64,000 nt of DNA from Vitrella brassicaformis CCMP3155 (Eukaryota; Protista; Chromerida), in NCBI GenBank assembly GCA_001179505.1, contig CDMY01000260.1:81763-145762 (forward strand), given 5' to 3'. The notes under the pieces are model-generated. The model worked only from the letters and a program-made list of their open reading frames with translations, ran no database searches and was not told the DNA's origin. Below are positions 61,448 through 64,000 of this stretch, in pieces (the stretch's first letter is position 1; each line of letters opens with the position of its first letter). Both the position numbers and the translations under genes were made by a program.

Positions 61448-62850
61448 ATGAACGGTGAGGTATCCACGTTCACTTTCGCACGCCCCTCCCTCATACACTG
61501 GCTGAGATCTGCCACTTGTGCTGATTTGCAGCCGGTCTGACTCCTGGGTGGCGAGCGTTCCTTCTGCGTGGCCTTCACGACCACTGGGACGATGTCGAGC
61601 TCGATCGCCATCGCTCTCAGTCGCTGGTTGACCCGACGGACGTGACCGCGCCACCGAAGCATCGCCAAGCGTGGCTCACCGCGGCGAGTGCCGAGCGCAT
61701 CACGGGTCAGCAGGGGTGGCAGCTGGCGCTCCTCCCGGCGGCCATCGACCAGGACGCCCGGGAGCGGCCCCCCTTCCGCCACCTGTTCCGGCTGCAAGTG
61801 TTCCGCAAGCCGGCGATGGACATGCATGAGGAGCAAGCCACCAACTTCAACGACGAGTGCAGAGTGCGTGTGTACAAGGAAGGGCGGCTGGTGTGTCAGG
61901 TGCCTTATGTGCCGGTCAAGAAGAGCAAAAAGGGCGACAAGCTGTGCGCGACGTGCGTGGTGCCGTGTGCTGATGGCACCGGCGGCATCTGCGGCAAGCA
62001 GAACACCTTCGGCAACGTCGTCAACTCGCACCTGCGCAAGACACACAAACTGACCAACGAGGATGCGCAGGTATGTGTGTGAGGACATGTCTGCACACGG
62101 ACGGCTCCATGTGTGCCGTGTTGTGCTGCGTGGTGCCTGCAGCGGCTTCTTGCCTCTCTTGGGCTATCGGCGCCGATGCGATGCGGTGCGGGAGATGGAT
62201 TGAATGTGTTGTCTATCCACCGTGTCGGTCATTCCGCAGATGTGTACCACGACCATGGGTCGCTGCAAGGTCAGGGAGCAGCCGACGAATATGCAGCAGG
62301 TGAGTGGGTGGAGATGCCTGCATGGGCAAATGTGTAACGGTCGACTGTGTGTCTGCTATAGGTGACGCTGGGTGGTCCGGTGTGAGTCATCCACCAATGG
62401 CTGCGGGCCAGCCGATTATGTTTGCCGGCTCGGTGATCTACCCGTCCACCGACGACGAGAGCGCACCGTGAGTCGGCACATGCGACGCGTGCACATGGCA
62501 TATGGCAGTATGTGTATGTGTGTATGCAGGCCACCACTGGGTCTTCTGCGGGTCGACGACATGGATTTGGCGCCATCCAACAGTGACCTCAACGAAGGCA
62601 TCGCTCCCTCCTATTTGCAAGGCCATGAGACGCTCCTCGGTCATGAAGTTGGGGGTTTGATGCAATAGGTGGTGACATGACGGACGACACATTCGTGACA
62701 GACACGGCGCTGACGACGTCCGTGTGTCTGTATTCTTTCTTTCAGGATGGAGACTTTGAGGATCACGGCAAGTGGCCTGCCGATGAATGGGCCAATAGCC
62801 TGATTGGCACCCAGCTGGATGCTGATGGTGCTCTCATGCACCAGTACTGA
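61448..62850 (+). CDS. Hypothetical protein with a single C2H2-like zinc finger; last exon (62746-62850) tentative, alternative stop at 62668
   Basis: MN|AGLTPGWRAF... spliced model; C-ADGTGGI-C-GKQNTFGNVVNS-H-LRKT-H (C-x7-C-x12-H-x4-H) preceded by basic KKSKKG. Confidence 0.55.
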
Positions 62851-63475
62851 GTGCAACTTGTGTGCGTGTGTAGTGAGTGGATGTATGTGTACGTGTGTAT
62901 GTTTGTGTGTGCATGGATGGATGGATGGATTGACTGGATGCATGGCGACTGATTGAATGTACCTTCCACACCATCGGCACGGAAGCGATTGCATGTCCCC
63001 CTTCCCTCCAGCCAGACACTACAGGCAGACAGATAGACAGACAGACAGACAGAAAATACACACGGAAAACGGGTAGTCACTGACTGCTGCAATCTCAAAG
63101 TCTCAGCATCTGACTGTGTCTGTCGCTCTTCGACTGCCGGGCGGCTACCGAGATGCACACAAGAGAGGGAGAGGAGGAGGGGCGATGGACGTACTGACAC
63201 ATCAATGCGGCCACACAACCGATCAGCGCTTTTGCTGTGAGCCGCATTGATGTCGATACGCAAACACCGATGTTTGTGTGTCTTCTTCCCCGCCTCTCTG
63301 TCACTTCCCCTGTGGGTCTGCCCGTACATCGCTCTCCCTGCTGCTGACGGCCATGTGTATGTCACCGTCACATGGCTTTCACCAGCTGGCCTGTATGTAT
63401 CTATGTGGGAAGAGAGAGAGAGACTGTTCTGTGTTCTGTCTGTAATGGTGTCTTGGGGTTTCCTTCGTGTGTATG

Positions 63476-63482
63476 TCCCTCT

Positions 63483-63532
<50 letters not shown>

Positions 63533-63538
63533 CTCTCT
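63476..63538. repeat. (CT)n microsatellite tract (representative of many SSRs in introns and intergenic DNA)
   Basis: Near-continuous CTCTCT run; similar (TG)n, (GA)n, (CAGA)n and (GGAT)n tracts occur throughout. Confidence 0.9.
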
Positions 63539-63769
63539 GTGCATCTCAATCCCTGTCTGGCAACTCCCGAGTATCAGCACACGAAGGGTCTCAATGCTTC
63601 TTCGTGAACTGAGTGAATATATGGACACACACGCCGGCTACTGTTGTCCTTTTGCCTTCCCTCTGTATACCCACATAACTCCCACATACATGCACACACG
63701 CATGGTATGAGTGGATGCCAATGCATTTGTAAATGAATCGACGATGAACGTGTGTGTGTGACATGTAAA

Positions 63770-64000
63770 GGGCTTAGGGCTTGGGGTATAGGGTATAGGG
63801 TGTAGGGTATAGGGCTTAGGGCTTAGGGCTTAGGGTTTTAGGGCTTAGGGCTTCAGGGTATAGGGTGTAGGGCTTCAGGGTATAGGGTGTAGGGTGTAGG
63901 GGTGTAGGGGTGTAGGGTGTAGGGTGTAGGGCTTAGGGTTTTAGGGCTTAGGGCTTCAGGGTATAGGGTGTAGGGCTTCAGGGTATAGGGTGTAGGGTGT
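63770..64000 (+). repeat. Telomere-type G-rich array of variable 7-8-mers (GGGCTTA, GGGTATA, GGGTGTA, GGGCTTCA, GGGTTTTA), running off the window end
   Basis: Continuous GGG-N3/4-A units from 63770 with the G-rich strand 5'->3' toward the end. A 73-bp block (63826-63898) recurs at 63929-64000, truncated by the window end. Confidence 0.85.

Overview
Gene-dense, GC-rich, intron-rich eukaryotic DNA. The many 55-110 nt introns filled with (TG)n/(CA)n/(CAGA)n/(GGAT)n, an apicomplexan-type CDPK, AP2-like domains, and ankyrin-like and TLDc family members all point to a chromerid alveolate, most likely Vitrella brassicaformis (inferred, not proven). About 21 spliced protein-coding genes were reconstructed by hand. 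Recognisable products: maspardin, a FAM166-like repeat protein, UDP-sugar pyrophosphorylase, URB2-like, a GT34 glycosyltransferase, CDPK, RNase H2 subunit C, an EamA transporter, an AFG1 ATPase, two ankyrin-like paralogues, a secreted PAN-domain protein, a PB1-UBA p62/NBR1-like protein and a C2H2 protein. The window also has a variant tRNA-His beside a CRE-like non-LTR retroelement remnant, a 300-N gap, and a variable telomere-type G-rich array running off the right end. The most notable region is 39-50 kb. There, a gene splicing into 2xCCCH-KH-NYN(LabA-type) ribonuclease lies head-to-head with a gene splicing a CENP-B/pogo-type DNA-binding domain to two TLDc domains, and decayed copies of both sit immediately upstream. 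Other unusual architectures are a TM-coiled-coil-C2-like protein ending in an alpha-adaptin ear, and an AP2-like + SAM-like protein. All exon models come from manual reading of splice signals and frame, and all domain calls from motif recognition; no database searches were run.
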